A DNA stretch of 64,000 nt from Treponema sp. (GTDB lineage Bacteria > Spirochaetota > Spirochaetia > Treponematales > Breznakiellaceae), in the NCBI GenBank assembly GCA_031274285.1, contig JAISQJ010000151.1:3843-67842 (forward strand), written 5' to 3'. The notes under the pieces were generated by a model. The model ran no database searches. It was not told where the DNA came from and saw nothing but the letters and a program-made list of their open reading frames with translations. Below are positions 25,645 to 34,524 of this stretch, piece by piece. Both the position numbers and the translations under genes were made by a program. Numbering within the stretch: the stretch's first letter is position 1; every line of letters starts with the position of its first letter.

Positions 25645-26471
25645 GTTTCTCCTTTGCTTATTTTTGACCGGCCGCCATAGCCGGAAATTACCGCGGAACA
25701 GAGGGAGAGAAGGGCCGTCAGGACAAAGAGGACGGTACACAGGGCGTTGATCTTCGGACTCACCCCCACTTTAAGCTGGGTGTAGATTCTGATGGGCAGG
25801 GTACTGGTATGCGCCCCGGTAACAAAGATACTAATGATCACGTCGTCAAAGCTCATGGCAAAGGAAATGAGTATGCCGGAAACAATGGCGGGCATAACCA
25901 GGGGCAGGGTAATATCGTAAAAGGCCCGCCATTCCCCTGCTCCCAGGTCCCTGGCCGCCTCTAAAAGGCTTTTATCGATCCCCTCCAGCCGGGCCTTAAC
26001 CAAAAGAAAGACGTAGGGAATACACATGGTGGTATGGGCGATAACCAGAGTGAGCATCCCGAAGGGAAGGGAGATAAGGGCAAAAAAGGCCAGGGACACC
26101 ATGCCCATGATGATCTCCGGGGTGATGATGGGGAGGACCGCCAGGAATTCAATGCCCCCGGCGCCGGGGAGTCTGGCCCTGGTCATGCCGGAGGCCGCCA
26201 GGACCCCGATCACCGCGGCAAAAAGGCTGGCACAGACCCCCAGGACCAGGCTGTTAAGAAGGGCGCCGAAAAGGGCCTGGTCCCTCAGGAGTTCCCCGTA
26301 CCAGCGCAGGGAAAAGCCCCCCCAGTTGGTACTAAGCCTGTTCGCATTAAACGAAAACACGATGACTAAGAGGATGGGCACGTACATTACCACCAGGAGT
26401 ACCGCGAGGTAGAGCTTTGACAGTGATATCCGTTTCAAACCAGACCCTCCAGTTCCCCGCTGCCGCCGCAC
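25641..26471 (-). CDS. potC: Polyamine ABC transporter permease
   Basis: Six-TM permease with an EAA-type loop (LEAARDLGAGEWRAFYDITLP). Confidence 0.88.
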   Translation of the reverse strand: MRRQRGTGGSGLKRISLSKLYLAVLLVVMYVPILLVIVFSFNANRLSTNWGGFSLRWYGELLRDQALFGALLNSLVLGVCASLFAAVIGVLAASGMTRARLPGAGGIEFLAVLPIITPEIIMGMVSLAFFALISLPFGMLTLVIAHTTMCIPYVFLLVKARLEGIDKSLLEAARDLGAGEWRAFYDITLPLVMPAIVSGILISFAMSFDDVIISIFVTGAHTSTLPIRIYTQLKVGVSPKINALCTVLFVLTALLSLCSAVISGYGGRSKISKGET

Positions 26472-27322
26472 AGCCGGCCCAGGACACGGTAAAGATAGAT
26501 GAAGGCGCTGGTCATGATCATCAGCACCACGCTGAGGGCCGCGGCAAAGGGCCAGTCATGGCCCTGCATAAGCTGTTCCTGAATAAGGCTGCCCACCAGT
26601 ACCACCTTGTTGCCCCCCAGAATATCGGCGATAAAAAAGAGCCCCATGGAGGGGATAAAGCTTAGAACCACGCCGGAAAAAAGCCCCGGCATGGTCAGGG
26701 GCAGGGTAACCGTAAGAAAGGCCCGGAACCGGGAGGCCCCCATGACACGGGCCGCCTCCACCAGGTTCCAGTCCATCTTTTCCGCGCTGACAAAAACCGA
26801 GTAGATCATAAAGGGCAGGAGCACATAGATCATGCCCGTAACCACCGCCTGATAGCTGTAGAGGAGTCTGAGGGGAGAGGAGCTGAGGCCCAGGGCCATA
26901 AGGATACGGTCCAGGGGTCCGTTGGACCGGAACACGATGATCCAGCCGTAGAGCCGCATAAGGGAACTGGTCCAAAAGGGGATGATCAGGATCAGCATTA
27001 CCCGGCCCCGCCACCGGATCGGAAGCTTGGCCATGAAGTAGCCGAAGGGATAGCCCAAAAGGGTAACCAGGACGGTACAGACAAGGGCAAGCCTTAGGGA
27101 ATGGGAAAAGGTGGTCCGGTACTCGCTGATGGCGATGCGCCGGTAGTTCCGCAGGGTAAATTCCAGGGCCACTCCAAGGTTCCCCTCCCGGCGCAGAAAA
27201 CTTAAGACCACCATGTAGAGCAGGGGACCCAGGACAAAAACCAGGGTAAAGGCGTAGAGGGGCAGGGCCATCATAAAGGCGGAACGCCGCTGCCTGGCCC
27301 CAAGGGAGGGGAGGGTTTTCAT
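26435..27322 (-). CDS. potB: Polyamine ABC transporter permease
   Basis: TM-rich, EAA loop (VEAARVMGASRFRAFLTVTLP). Confidence 0.88.
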   Translation of the reverse strand: MKTLPSLGARQRRSAFMMALPLYAFTLVFVLGPLLYMVVLSFLRREGNLGVALEFTLRNYRRIAISEYRTTFSHSLRLALVCTVLVTLLGYPFGYFMAKLPIRWRGRVMLILIIPFWTSSLMRLYGWIIVFRSNGPLDRILMALGLSSSPLRLLYSYQAVVTGMIYVLLPFMIYSVFVSAEKMDWNLVEAARVMGASRFRAFLTVTLPLTMPGLFSGVVLSFIPSMGLFFIADILGGNKVVLVGSLIQEQLMQGHDWPFAAALSVVLMIMTSAFIYLYRVLGRLCGGSGELEGLV

Positions 27323-28320
27323 GGAGAGGTCTCCGGGGGATCGGCGCTGACCGGGACCGCGTGTTCCGCGTCCCAGCTTACCCGTACCGTTTGTCCGCGC
27401 TCCACCGGCCAGTCGATTCCCTGGCGGCTGGCCACAATCTCCTCCCCCGTGTCCCTAAGGGCCGCGCTTACCCTGACCTGCCCCCCGGCGAACTGTTTCC
27501 CCGTGACCACGGCCAGGAGGCCCTCACCGGAATCTTCGGCTACCCTTAGATTCACCCATTCCGAGCGGACCGCCAGGAGGCGGGATTCCGCCGTCCTGAT
27601 AATGTTGGCGTTACCCACAAAACGGGCCGTAAAACTGGTCCGGGGATGGTCGTAGATTTCCTGCGGCGCGCCTATCTGCTCAAAATTCCCGTCCCGCATC
27701 ACGGCAATACGGTCCGACATGGTAAGGGCTTCTTCCTGATCATGGGTGATATAGACAAAACTAATGCCCAGCCGCTGCTGCAGGCCCTTGAGTTCAAGCT
27801 GCATCTGGCGGCGGAGCTGCAGGTCCAGGGCCCCCAGGGGCTCGTCCAGGAGCAGGACCTTGGGGGAATTGACCAGGGCCCGGGCCATGGCGACCCGCTG
27901 CTTCTGGCCCCCGGAAAGCTCCGAGGGCATACGCCGCCCGTAACCCGGAAGCCTTACCGTTTCCAGGGCCTGCCCCACCGCCTCCTGGATCTCCTTCCGG
28001 GGCCTGTTCTTTATCTTCAGGCTGTAACCGATGTTGGCGGCCACGTTCAGGTGGGGAAAGAGGGCGTAGTTCTGAAAAACCATGTTCACATTCCTGTGGC
28101 GGGGTTCCTCGTCCGTCACATCCCGGCCCTCAATAAAGACTCTGCCGGAATCCGCCCTCTCCAGACCCGCAATGATCCTCAGGGTGGTGGTTTTACCGCA
28201 GCCCGAGGGCCCCAAAAGGGTAACAAATTCCCCGGCCCCCACCGAAAGGCTGATCCCCCTAAGAACAGGCAGCGAACCGAATTTCTTGGCGATCCCCTCC
28301 AGGCGCAGCAGCTCAGCCAC
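27319..28320 (-). CDS. potA: Polyamine ABC transporter ATP-binding protein
   Basis: GPSGCGKTTTLR, LSGGQKQRVAMARAL, LLLDEPLGALD, TOBE-like C-terminus. Confidence 0.92.
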   Translation of the reverse strand: MAELLRLEGIAKKFGSLPVLRGISLSVGAGEFVTLLGPSGCGKTTTLRIIAGLERADSGRVFIEGRDVTDEEPRHRNVNMVFQNYALFPHLNVAANIGYSLKIKNRPRKEIQEAVGQALETVRLPGYGRRMPSELSGGQKQRVAMARALVNSPKVLLLDEPLGALDLQLRRQMQLELKGLQQRLGISFVYITHDQEEALTMSDRIAVMRDGNFEQIGAPQEIYDHPRTSFTARFVGNANIIRTAESRLLAVRSEWVNLRVAEDSGEGLLAVVTGKQFAGGQVRVSAALRDTGEEIVASRQGIDWPVERGQTVRVSWDAEHAVPVSADPPETSP

Positions 28321-30235
28321 GGAAATAGTATCCTATAGCCCCGTACGCGAGAAAAGCCAGGATGGTGATGACGATCACGTAGGGCAATTTTGTCCGGTAA
28401 TAGGTGATGGGATTTATCCCCAGCATGGGACCCTCAAAAAATATATCCCCCAGGGCGATCTCGTTGCCGGCAAAACCGGCGGCGCAGACCGCGCCCACAA
28501 AAATTCCCAGATCCATGTTGACCGTCCGGCCCAGTTCCAGGGCCAGGGGCATCCCCAGGGCGTACATGGCCCAGGGGTTGTCAAAGAGGGCCCCCACCAG
28601 GGTACAGACGCCGAAAATCAGGGCCGGCAGCAGCCACGCCTGGCCGCCGATAAGGGCCCGCACCGCCTCGTTAAGCCAGGAGGAAAAACCGATCTCCCCG
28701 ATGGCGGAGGCAAAGCAGCTTGAGGCCACAAACATGACGATGGGGGCAAGCATGCTCTCGATTCCAAAAATGATATTGTTAAAAAACTGTTCCGGGCTCA
28801 TGTAGCGCTGGGAACAGTAAAGGAGGAAGGTGAAGATCAGGGTGATGATCATGCCGTAAAGCACATTCACCGAGAGGGCGCCGCTTTCCAGGGTACCGGT
28901 GATGATCGACGCGGCAATGAGTACCAGGATGGGAACTATCAGATTCCTCAGCTTCCCCCGGTTGGAACTGTCCCGGCCCTGGCCTACTTCGGTCCCCTCG
29001 GGCCACAGATCGCCCCCTTCCCTTACCCGGATGATTCCCCTCCTCAGGGCCCCCGCCGCGGGCAATTTATCAAAGATGAGGAGGAGGATAAAGGCCAGGG
29101 CGAGGATGGCGGAGAAGTTGTAGCGGGCCGCCCGGATAAAGAGTTCCTTCCCCCCCCCGGAACTGGTAATTACCCCCGTAAGGTAAAGCCCCGTCAGGGA
29201 AAGGGGGCTTAAAATACAGAGGGCCATGGGGGACATGCCCAGCACAAAGGACGATTTTTCCCGGGGAATCTTCTTTTGGTCCGAGGAGGGGGTAAAACAG
29301 GCGCCGTTGATCAGGATGCTTAAATATTCATCGATGGCAATTAAAACCATGGAGCAAAAGGCGGAAAGGAGAATCCCCCGGCCGGTTTTTATCCGTTTTT
29401 CGGCCAGGTATTTTAACGCGTTGATGCTGCCGGAGGCGGAAAACAGCCGGGTTAGGGAACCCATGAGCACCACCATCAGGATGAGTCCCGAATTCTCCCC
29501 CAGCGCGCTTATCACCCTATCCGTATACGCGCTGATAAAATTGAACCGGGATTGTATGATGGAAATGTAAAACCCCGACAGGACAATGGATTCCAGGGCC
29601 CGGCGGGTAATCACGATATAGGCTACCAGGAATATGATGGGGGAACAGAGCCACAGGGGATGGGACGATACGGCGCTTAGTTCCGGGGCAAAGAGGATAA
29701 GGTTAAAAAAGATGAGGAACACCAGGTAATAATGGACGAACAGGGACAGGCTGCTCTGGGGCTTTCCCCCCGCGGAGGAGCCCAGACCGCGGCGGGCATT
29801 GAGGACCCGGACCAGGTTTTGGTACCTGTCCGTGGCTTGATCGTAGATACCCCTTAAAAAAAGGCCGTAGATCTTGGGCTGGGATTTGGTAAGGACATGC
29901 AGGACCCTGGTACTAAGTTCGTAGACCTGGACCATCCCGTTGGCCTGAATATCCGCCGACCGTTTTTCCCCCGTCAGGGCGGCGTACTCGCCAAAGTAGC
30001 TGCCGCTCTGGAGTTCATTGAGGATTTGATTCTTGCCGCCCCGGACAAAGACTACCCCGGATTCGATAAAGTACATGCTCTGGGAACTGTCGCCGGCCCG
30101 GCAGATGTAACTGTTGTGGGGGTATTCCTTTAAGACCAGATGGGACATGACATAGTCCAGAATCCGCTCGTCCCGGGTCTGGTCCCCAAGCTTAAAGAAT
30201 TTTCGGATGTATTCCCGGGTTACGGTTTGTGACAT
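28313..30235 (-). CDS. Fusion protein: N-terminal cyclic-nucleotide-binding domain plus NhaC-family Na+/H+ antiporter-type membrane domain
   Basis: cNMP-binding signature: YICRAGDSSQSMYFIESGVV...GSYFGEYAALTGEKRSADIQA. Membrane part has the NhaC-type motif IAIDEYLSILINGACFTPSSDQKKIPREKSSFVLGMSPMALCILSPLS. Confidence 0.8.
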   Translation of the reverse strand: MSQTVTREYIRKFFKLGDQTRDERILDYVMSHLVLKEYPHNSYICRAGDSSQSMYFIESGVVFVRGGKNQILNELQSGSYFGEYAALTGEKRSADIQANGMVQVYELSTRVLHVLTKSQPKIYGLFLRGIYDQATDRYQNLVRVLNARRGLGSSAGGKPQSSLSLFVHYYLVFLIFFNLILFAPELSAVSSHPLWLCSPIIFLVAYIVITRRALESIVLSGFYISIIQSRFNFISAYTDRVISALGENSGLILMVVLMGSLTRLFSASGSINALKYLAEKRIKTGRGILLSAFCSMVLIAIDEYLSILINGACFTPSSDQKKIPREKSSFVLGMSPMALCILSPLSLTGLYLTGVITSSGGGKELFIRAARYNFSAILALAFILLLIFDKLPAAGALRRGIIRVREGGDLWPEGTEVGQGRDSSNRGKLRNLIVPILVLIAASIITGTLESGALSVNVLYGMIITLIFTFLLYCSQRYMSPEQFFNNIIFGIESMLAPIVMFVASSCFASAIGEIGFSSWLNEAVRALIGGQAWLLPALIFGVCTLVGALFDNPWAMYALGMPLALELGRTVNMDLGIFVGAVCAAGFAGNEIALGDIFFEGPMLGINPITYYRTKLPYVIVITILAFLAYGAIGYYFRG

Positions 30236-30259
30236 GCGCCTGGACCGGCGGGCGGGGAA

Positions 30260-31327
30260 TTACCGTTGGCTCATTGCCACGGTAAAGGCATCCCAGATCC
30301 GGGCGTGGGCGGCTTCGGCTTCTTCCGGAAGGTTAAACATGAATTCATAGTTGCCGAATCTGCTTACCGTCCTGCCGTTCCGCTCCTCCGTAGGCAGCAG
30401 GAGGAAGGGCCGGTACTCCTGTTTTATATAGGGGTCAGATGCCTGGAAGGTACAGAAGTAACCCAGGTACTCAAAACACCGGGCCCCCCGGCGGCGCTCC
30501 ATGATGGCGTTGAGGAACCAGTGGGCCGCTTCCGGGTTGGGGGCGTTAAGGGGGATAAAGGCGGGCATAATCCCAAAGCCGATTCCTTCCCTGGGGTAGA
30601 CCATCTTGAGCCTGGGATTCTGCATCATGGACTTGAAGACCTGGTCGGAGTACATCAGGGCCACGTCAATATCGCCGTTCAGAATCAACTCGTCCAGGTC
30701 CATGTCCTGAATCACCGCCACGTTTGGTACCAGGTCCAAAAGCCTATCCCCCGCGGCATCGATGATCTCCGGATCGGTCTCGTTGTAACCGCTTCCCATG
30801 GTCTTGAGGACCATGCCGTTGATAACCCGGTAATTGGCGGTGATTCCTACCCGGTTTCTAAGGCCGGGGTTCCAAAAATCCGAAAGGCCCCTGATCTCAA
30901 AATTCACCTTATCGGGATTGTAAACTATGGTCTGGATCCCCGCGCCGTAGGGAACGGTATACTCGTCATCGGGGTCATAGAAATGGTGCTGGTAGAAGGG
31001 GTTTACATTCCTTAGATTGGGAAGCAGCTTCTTGTCCAGCTTTTGGGCGAGGCCCTCGTTGATGGCGAATTCCACGATGTAGTCGTCGGCAATTACCAAA
31101 TCGAATCCGCCCCCGTTGTTCATTTCCAGTTCCACCAGCATGTCTTCGTTGAAGTCAAAGGTCTTGAGCACCACCTCTACCCCGGTTTCCCGGGTAAAGT
31201 CATCGAAGATCTCCTGGGGGATCATCTCTTCCCAGGTGTAGATAACCAACTGCTTCTTCTGGGCGTAAAGGGAAGCCAGGGAACACAGGGAAACCAGGAT
31301 CGCCAGGACAAAACGGACTCTTTTCAT
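30260..31327 (-). CDS. Second PotD-like polyamine-binding periplasmic protein
   Basis: Signal peptide MKRVRFVLAILVSLCSLASLYAQ. Collinear similarity to 24583-25644 (IYTWEEM.PQEI.D.F..E.G..., VIADDYI.E.AI.EGL.QKLDK). Confidence 0.85.
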   Translation of the reverse strand: MKRVRFVLAILVSLCSLASLYAQKKQLVIYTWEEMIPQEIFDDFTRETGVEVVLKTFDFNEDMLVELEMNNGGGFDLVIADDYIVEFAINEGLAQKLDKKLLPNLRNVNPFYQHHFYDPDDEYTVPYGAGIQTIVYNPDKVNFEIRGLSDFWNPGLRNRVGITANYRVINGMVLKTMGSGYNETDPEIIDAAGDRLLDLVPNVAVIQDMDLDELILNGDIDVALMYSDQVFKSMMQNPRLKMVYPREGIGFGIMPAFIPLNAPNPEAAHWFLNAIMERRRGARCFEYLGYFCTFQASDPYIKQEYRPFLLLPTEERNGRTVSRFGNYEFMFNLPEEAEAAHARIWDAFTVAMSQR

Positions 31328-31380
31328 ACACGCTCCGTTAAAAGGTTAAAATCTGAGACCAAAGAATATCATGTTATAGC

Positions 31381-32013
31381 CTAGTTATCTACGCTCTCCA
31401 CCATAACATCAACATAGGTTCCCCGTGATACCCCCAGGGCCTGGGCCGCGGCCCGTGATATTTCGATGATCCGCTCCTGGGAAGCCCGGACCCGGCTGTT
31501 AACGGTAAGCAGCACCCTGCGGCCGTTGGCCCGGTTGCTTACCTGCAACTGCCGGCCCATGGTCATAGACGGGTGCCCCGCGGTAAGCTCCGCGCCGGAA
31601 GACAGGATCGCCGCCCGGCCCGATTGCTGGAAATTTCGGATGGTGGTGGCCCGCAGGGCCTTGGGCCGGACATCCACCTTGACCACCTCCGTGATGCGCA
31701 CCGGGGTAAAGCCCATGTCATACATCTCCAGCACATCCGCCGCCTGGGGGGAAAGCTCCACTACCCACCGGCGGTCCTTGGGAATCCGTCCCCCTACCTG
31801 TACGGTAACCTGCTTATTGTTATCCAGATTGGTGACGATGATCTCGGTCCCGAAGGGCAGATCCGCATGGGAGGCAAAGAGACCGGAACCCTGGTCGTAC
31901 CAGGAACCCATGCCCTCCGCGACAAGGGGCTGGGCATTGACCGTCTGGGCAAATCCGGGGACCGTTAGCATGAGCCCCAACAACCCAGTATAGAATAGTT
32001 TACGCTTCCCCAT
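31381..32013 (-). CDS. RlpA-like (double-psi beta-barrel) secreted protein with two DPBB modules
   Basis: Signal peptide, then GMGSWYDQG...ASHADLPFGTEIIVTNLDNNKQVTVQV. A second module follows: GHPSMTMGRQLQVSNRANGRRVLLTV. Confidence 0.7.
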   Translation of the reverse strand: MGKRKLFYTGLLGLMLTVPGFAQTVNAQPLVAEGMGSWYDQGSGLFASHADLPFGTEIIVTNLDNNKQVTVQVGGRIPKDRRWVVELSPQAADVLEMYDMGFTPVRITEVVKVDVRPKALRATTIRNFQQSGRAAILSSGAELTAGHPSMTMGRQLQVSNRANGRRVLLTVNSRVRASQERIIEISRAAAQALGVSRGTYVDVMVESVDN

Positions 32014-32172
32014 CCGACACCTCCCCTACCCCCGTAGGATGACCTATTTTTAGTAATCAGATCATACTGTAGCGCAAAAAACACCGTTTTTCTACATTTT
32101 GATTAAAAAATATCCATATTCCTCAAAGCCGCCCTTTCCGCTACACTGGGTTGAACCTTAAAGGAGACGGTG

Positions 32173-33372
32173 ATGGCGGAAAAAATTGCCATGGAAAACG
32201 CGGTGGCGGAGATCGACGGGGATGAGATGACCAGGGTACTCTGGGCCCTGGTCAAAGAGAAGCTGATTCTGCCCTTCGTGGACCTGAAGACCGAGTATTA
32301 CGACCTGGGGCTGGAAAACCGGGATGCCACCGGCGACCGGGTGACCGTGGAAGCCGCCCAGGCGATCCGGCGTCTGGGGGTGGGGGTCAAGTGCGCCACC
32401 ATCACCAGCAATGCGGCCCGGCAGGAGGAGTACGGCCTGAAGGCGCTCCTCCCCAGCCCCAACGCCACCATCCGGGCCATCCTGGACGGTACGGTGTTCC
32501 GCGCTCCCATCCCCGTCAAGGGGATAAGCCCCACGGTAAGCACCTGGAAGAAGCCCATTGTCATCGGCCGGCACGCCTACGGGGACATCTACCGGGCCGC
32601 GGAGATGCGGATTCCCGGCCCCGGCAGGGTAGAACTGGTCTATACCTCCCCGGAGGGGGCCGAACAGCGGCTCAAGGTGGCCGACATGGAGGGGCCGGGG
32701 ATAGTCCAGGGTATACACAACCTGGACGGCTCCATCCGCAGCTTCGCCCGCTCCTGCTTTCAGTATGCCCTAAGCGAGAAACTCCCCGTCTGGTTTGCCT
32801 CCAAGGACACCATCTCCAAGACCTACGACGGCCGCTTTAAGGAGATCTTTGCCGAGGTTTACGAGGGGGAATTCAAGACCCGGTGCCGGGAGGCGGGTAT
32901 CTCCTACTTCTATACCCTTATTGATGATGCGGTGGCCAGGGTGATCCGGGGGGAGGGGGGCTTCCTCTGGGCCTGTAAGAACTACGATGGGGACGTGATG
33001 AGCGACATGATCGCCAGCGCCTCCGGGAGCCTGGCCATGATGACCAGCGTCCTGGTTTCCCCCTCCGGGGCGGTGGAGTACGAGGCCGCCCACGGCACGG
33101 TACAGCAGCACTATTACCGCTGGCAAAAGGGGGAAAAGACCAGCACCAACCCGGCGGCCCTGATCTTTGCCTGGACCGGGGCCCTGGCCAAGCGCGGGGA
33201 ACTGGACCATAGCCCCGCCCTGGCCGCCTTTGCCCGCCGCCTGGAGCAGGCCGTTTTACGGACCATTGAGGAGGGGGACCAGACCGGGGACCTGGCCCGG
33301 CTTGCCAATCCTCCCCCCGCCAGGGTCCTGAACTCCTGGGAATTTGTGGACGCCATCGCGGGGCGGCTCTAA
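32173..33372 (+). CDS. icd: NADP-dependent isocitrate dehydrogenase (about 400-aa eukaryote-like dimeric type)
   Basis: AEIDGDEMTRVLW, VKCATITSNAARQEEY, GTVFRAPI, ACKNYDGDVMSD, EAAHGTV. ATG 32173 lies 6 nt after AAGGAG. Confidence 0.93.
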   Translation: MAEKIAMENAVAEIDGDEMTRVLWALVKEKLILPFVDLKTEYYDLGLENRDATGDRVTVEAAQAIRRLGVGVKCATITSNAARQEEYGLKALLPSPNATIRAILDGTVFRAPIPVKGISPTVSTWKKPIVIGRHAYGDIYRAAEMRIPGPGRVELVYTSPEGAEQRLKVADMEGPGIVQGIHNLDGSIRSFARSCFQYALSEKLPVWFASKDTISKTYDGRFKEIFAEVYEGEFKTRCREAGISYFYTLIDDAVARVIRGEGGFLWACKNYDGDVMSDMIASASGSLAMMTSVLVSPSGAVEYEAAHGTVQQHYYRWQKGEKTSTNPAALIFAWTGALAKRGELDHSPALAAFARRLEQAVLRTIEEGDQTGDLARLANPPPARVLNSWEFVDAIAGRL

Positions 33373-33400
33373 TGTACTATCTTACACAGAAGTAGGAATA

Positions 33401-33523
33401 ACCACGGACGACACAGACAGACACGGACAAAGAAAAAGAGTAGATAATGAAGCAAAATCGTCCTAAATATCTCATATTCTTTGGGTTTTCTCGGTTTTCT
33501 GTGTGGTCCGTGAGGTCCGTGGT
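33401..33523. repeat. Four copies of the heptamer CACGGAC/GTCCGTG (two per orientation) flanking an AT-rich spacer of about 70 bp
   Basis: accacggac...cacggac at 33401-33428; gtccgtg-ag-gtccgtggt at 33507-33523. The outer 9-mers accacggac/gtccgtggt are exact inverted repeats. Confidence 0.8.
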
Positions 33524-33746
33524 TTGACTTCATTAAGCCAATTGTCAACGATACGGTAGACTAGTCCTGCCCCCCGGTAGGGCGAACCCACCAGGGGGGT
33601 AGCGTAAGACTTGACGCCGGCGTGTCGAAGTCTACATATAAGGCGGCAAGGCTGGAGCGGAGGGGGGCCGGGCGAAAAGGCGGCGGTTTGCCGGAAAATG
33701 CCTGGTAACAGGCCCCCCTTCTGAATAGTTATTTAATTTAAGGTTG

Positions 33747-33774
33747 CTTTCCCAAAACTGCAGTTTTGGGAAAG
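33747..33774. repeat. 28-bp perfect palindrome, copy 1 (identical 33-nt sequence recurs at 52629-52661)
   Basis: ctttcccaaaactgcagttttgggaaag. The shared stretch extends to ...cctca (33747-33779). Confidence 0.9.
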
Positions 33775-33793
33775 CCTCATTTGTCTAACCTAA

Positions 33794-34180
33794 TCACTTC
33801 GTACAAGCAAGCTGCCGGTCGGAAGACCGGTCGGGGCGGAGGACTTCGGCGCCGTTGCGGTATACGTGGCGGGGGACGGAGCCTTCCTCCAGGTAGCAGT
33901 GGATGAGGACCCGGATGCAGCGTTCCAAGCCCCCCCGGACCTCGGCTTCCTGAAGGCAGAACAGGGCCAAATCCGCGCCCCGGCCCGATTTCCGCAGGGC
34001 CGCGGCGGGATTCTTGGCGTCCAGGTCCCCGGTGACCGAGAAGAACAGGGAAACGATGTCCCCCTCCCCCAGATTATTGGCGCTTAACAGTTCGTCGTAG
34101 AGCGCGGCTACCTGGCGGCAGATGTCGTCTTCCCGGTTCAGGCACTGGACCGCGCCCCGGAGGGCGTAGAGCCGCTTCAC
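33794..34180 (-). CDS. aroH: Chorismate mutase, AroH class
   Basis: (V)KRLYALRGAVQC...LFFSVTGDLDAKNPAAALR...LERCIRVLIHCY...RHVYRNGAEVLRPDR matches the B. subtilis AroH pattern (RGA...CIRV...HVY...LRPD). GTG start at 34180 overlaps the upstream stop (GTGA). Confidence 0.85.
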   Translation of the reverse strand: MKRLYALRGAVQCLNREDDICRQVAALYDELLSANNLGEGDIVSLFFSVTGDLDAKNPAAALRKSGRGADLALFCLQEAEVRGGLERCIRVLIHCYLEEGSVPRHVYRNGAEVLRPDRSSDRQLACTK

Positions 34181-34524
34181 CGGTTGCCCCCGGCCAGCGC
34201 AGCGATAAAGGTTCCCGCAACGGCTACCAGGGCGCCCAGGGCCCCCAGGAGCAGAAAACCCGCGGACGCGGCGAGGAGCAGGGGCCGACGGCAGCGCAGG
34301 GAGAACCAGAGGCCGGCAAAGAAACGGTAGAGGGAGAGGATGGTCAGGACGATGCCGCCGTAGACCGCCCATTGGAGAATTGCCAGCAGGCTGGGGCCTG
34401 TAAATTCCTGGCGGATTCCCGCGGCGTAGAGGAAAAGAGCCAAAAGACAGAAGACAAGGGCCAAAAGGGCGGCCAGGCTGAGGAGGCCCAGGAGGACAGG
34501 TTTTGCGCGGGGGGATTTGTTCAT
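34177..34524 (-). CDS. Small integral membrane protein (3-4 TM helices), unknown function
   Basis: MNKSPRAKPVLLGLLSLAALLALVFCLLALFLYAAG... is strongly hydrophobic. It is in a different frame from the 250-aa track ORF, whose N-terminal half is Pro/Arg/Gly junk. Confidence 0.65.
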   Translation of the reverse strand: MNKSPRAKPVLLGLLSLAALLALVFCLLALFLYAAGIRQEFTGPSLLAILQWAVYGGIVLTILSLYRFFAGLWFSLRCRRPLLLAASAGFLLLGALGALVAVAGTFIAALAGGNR

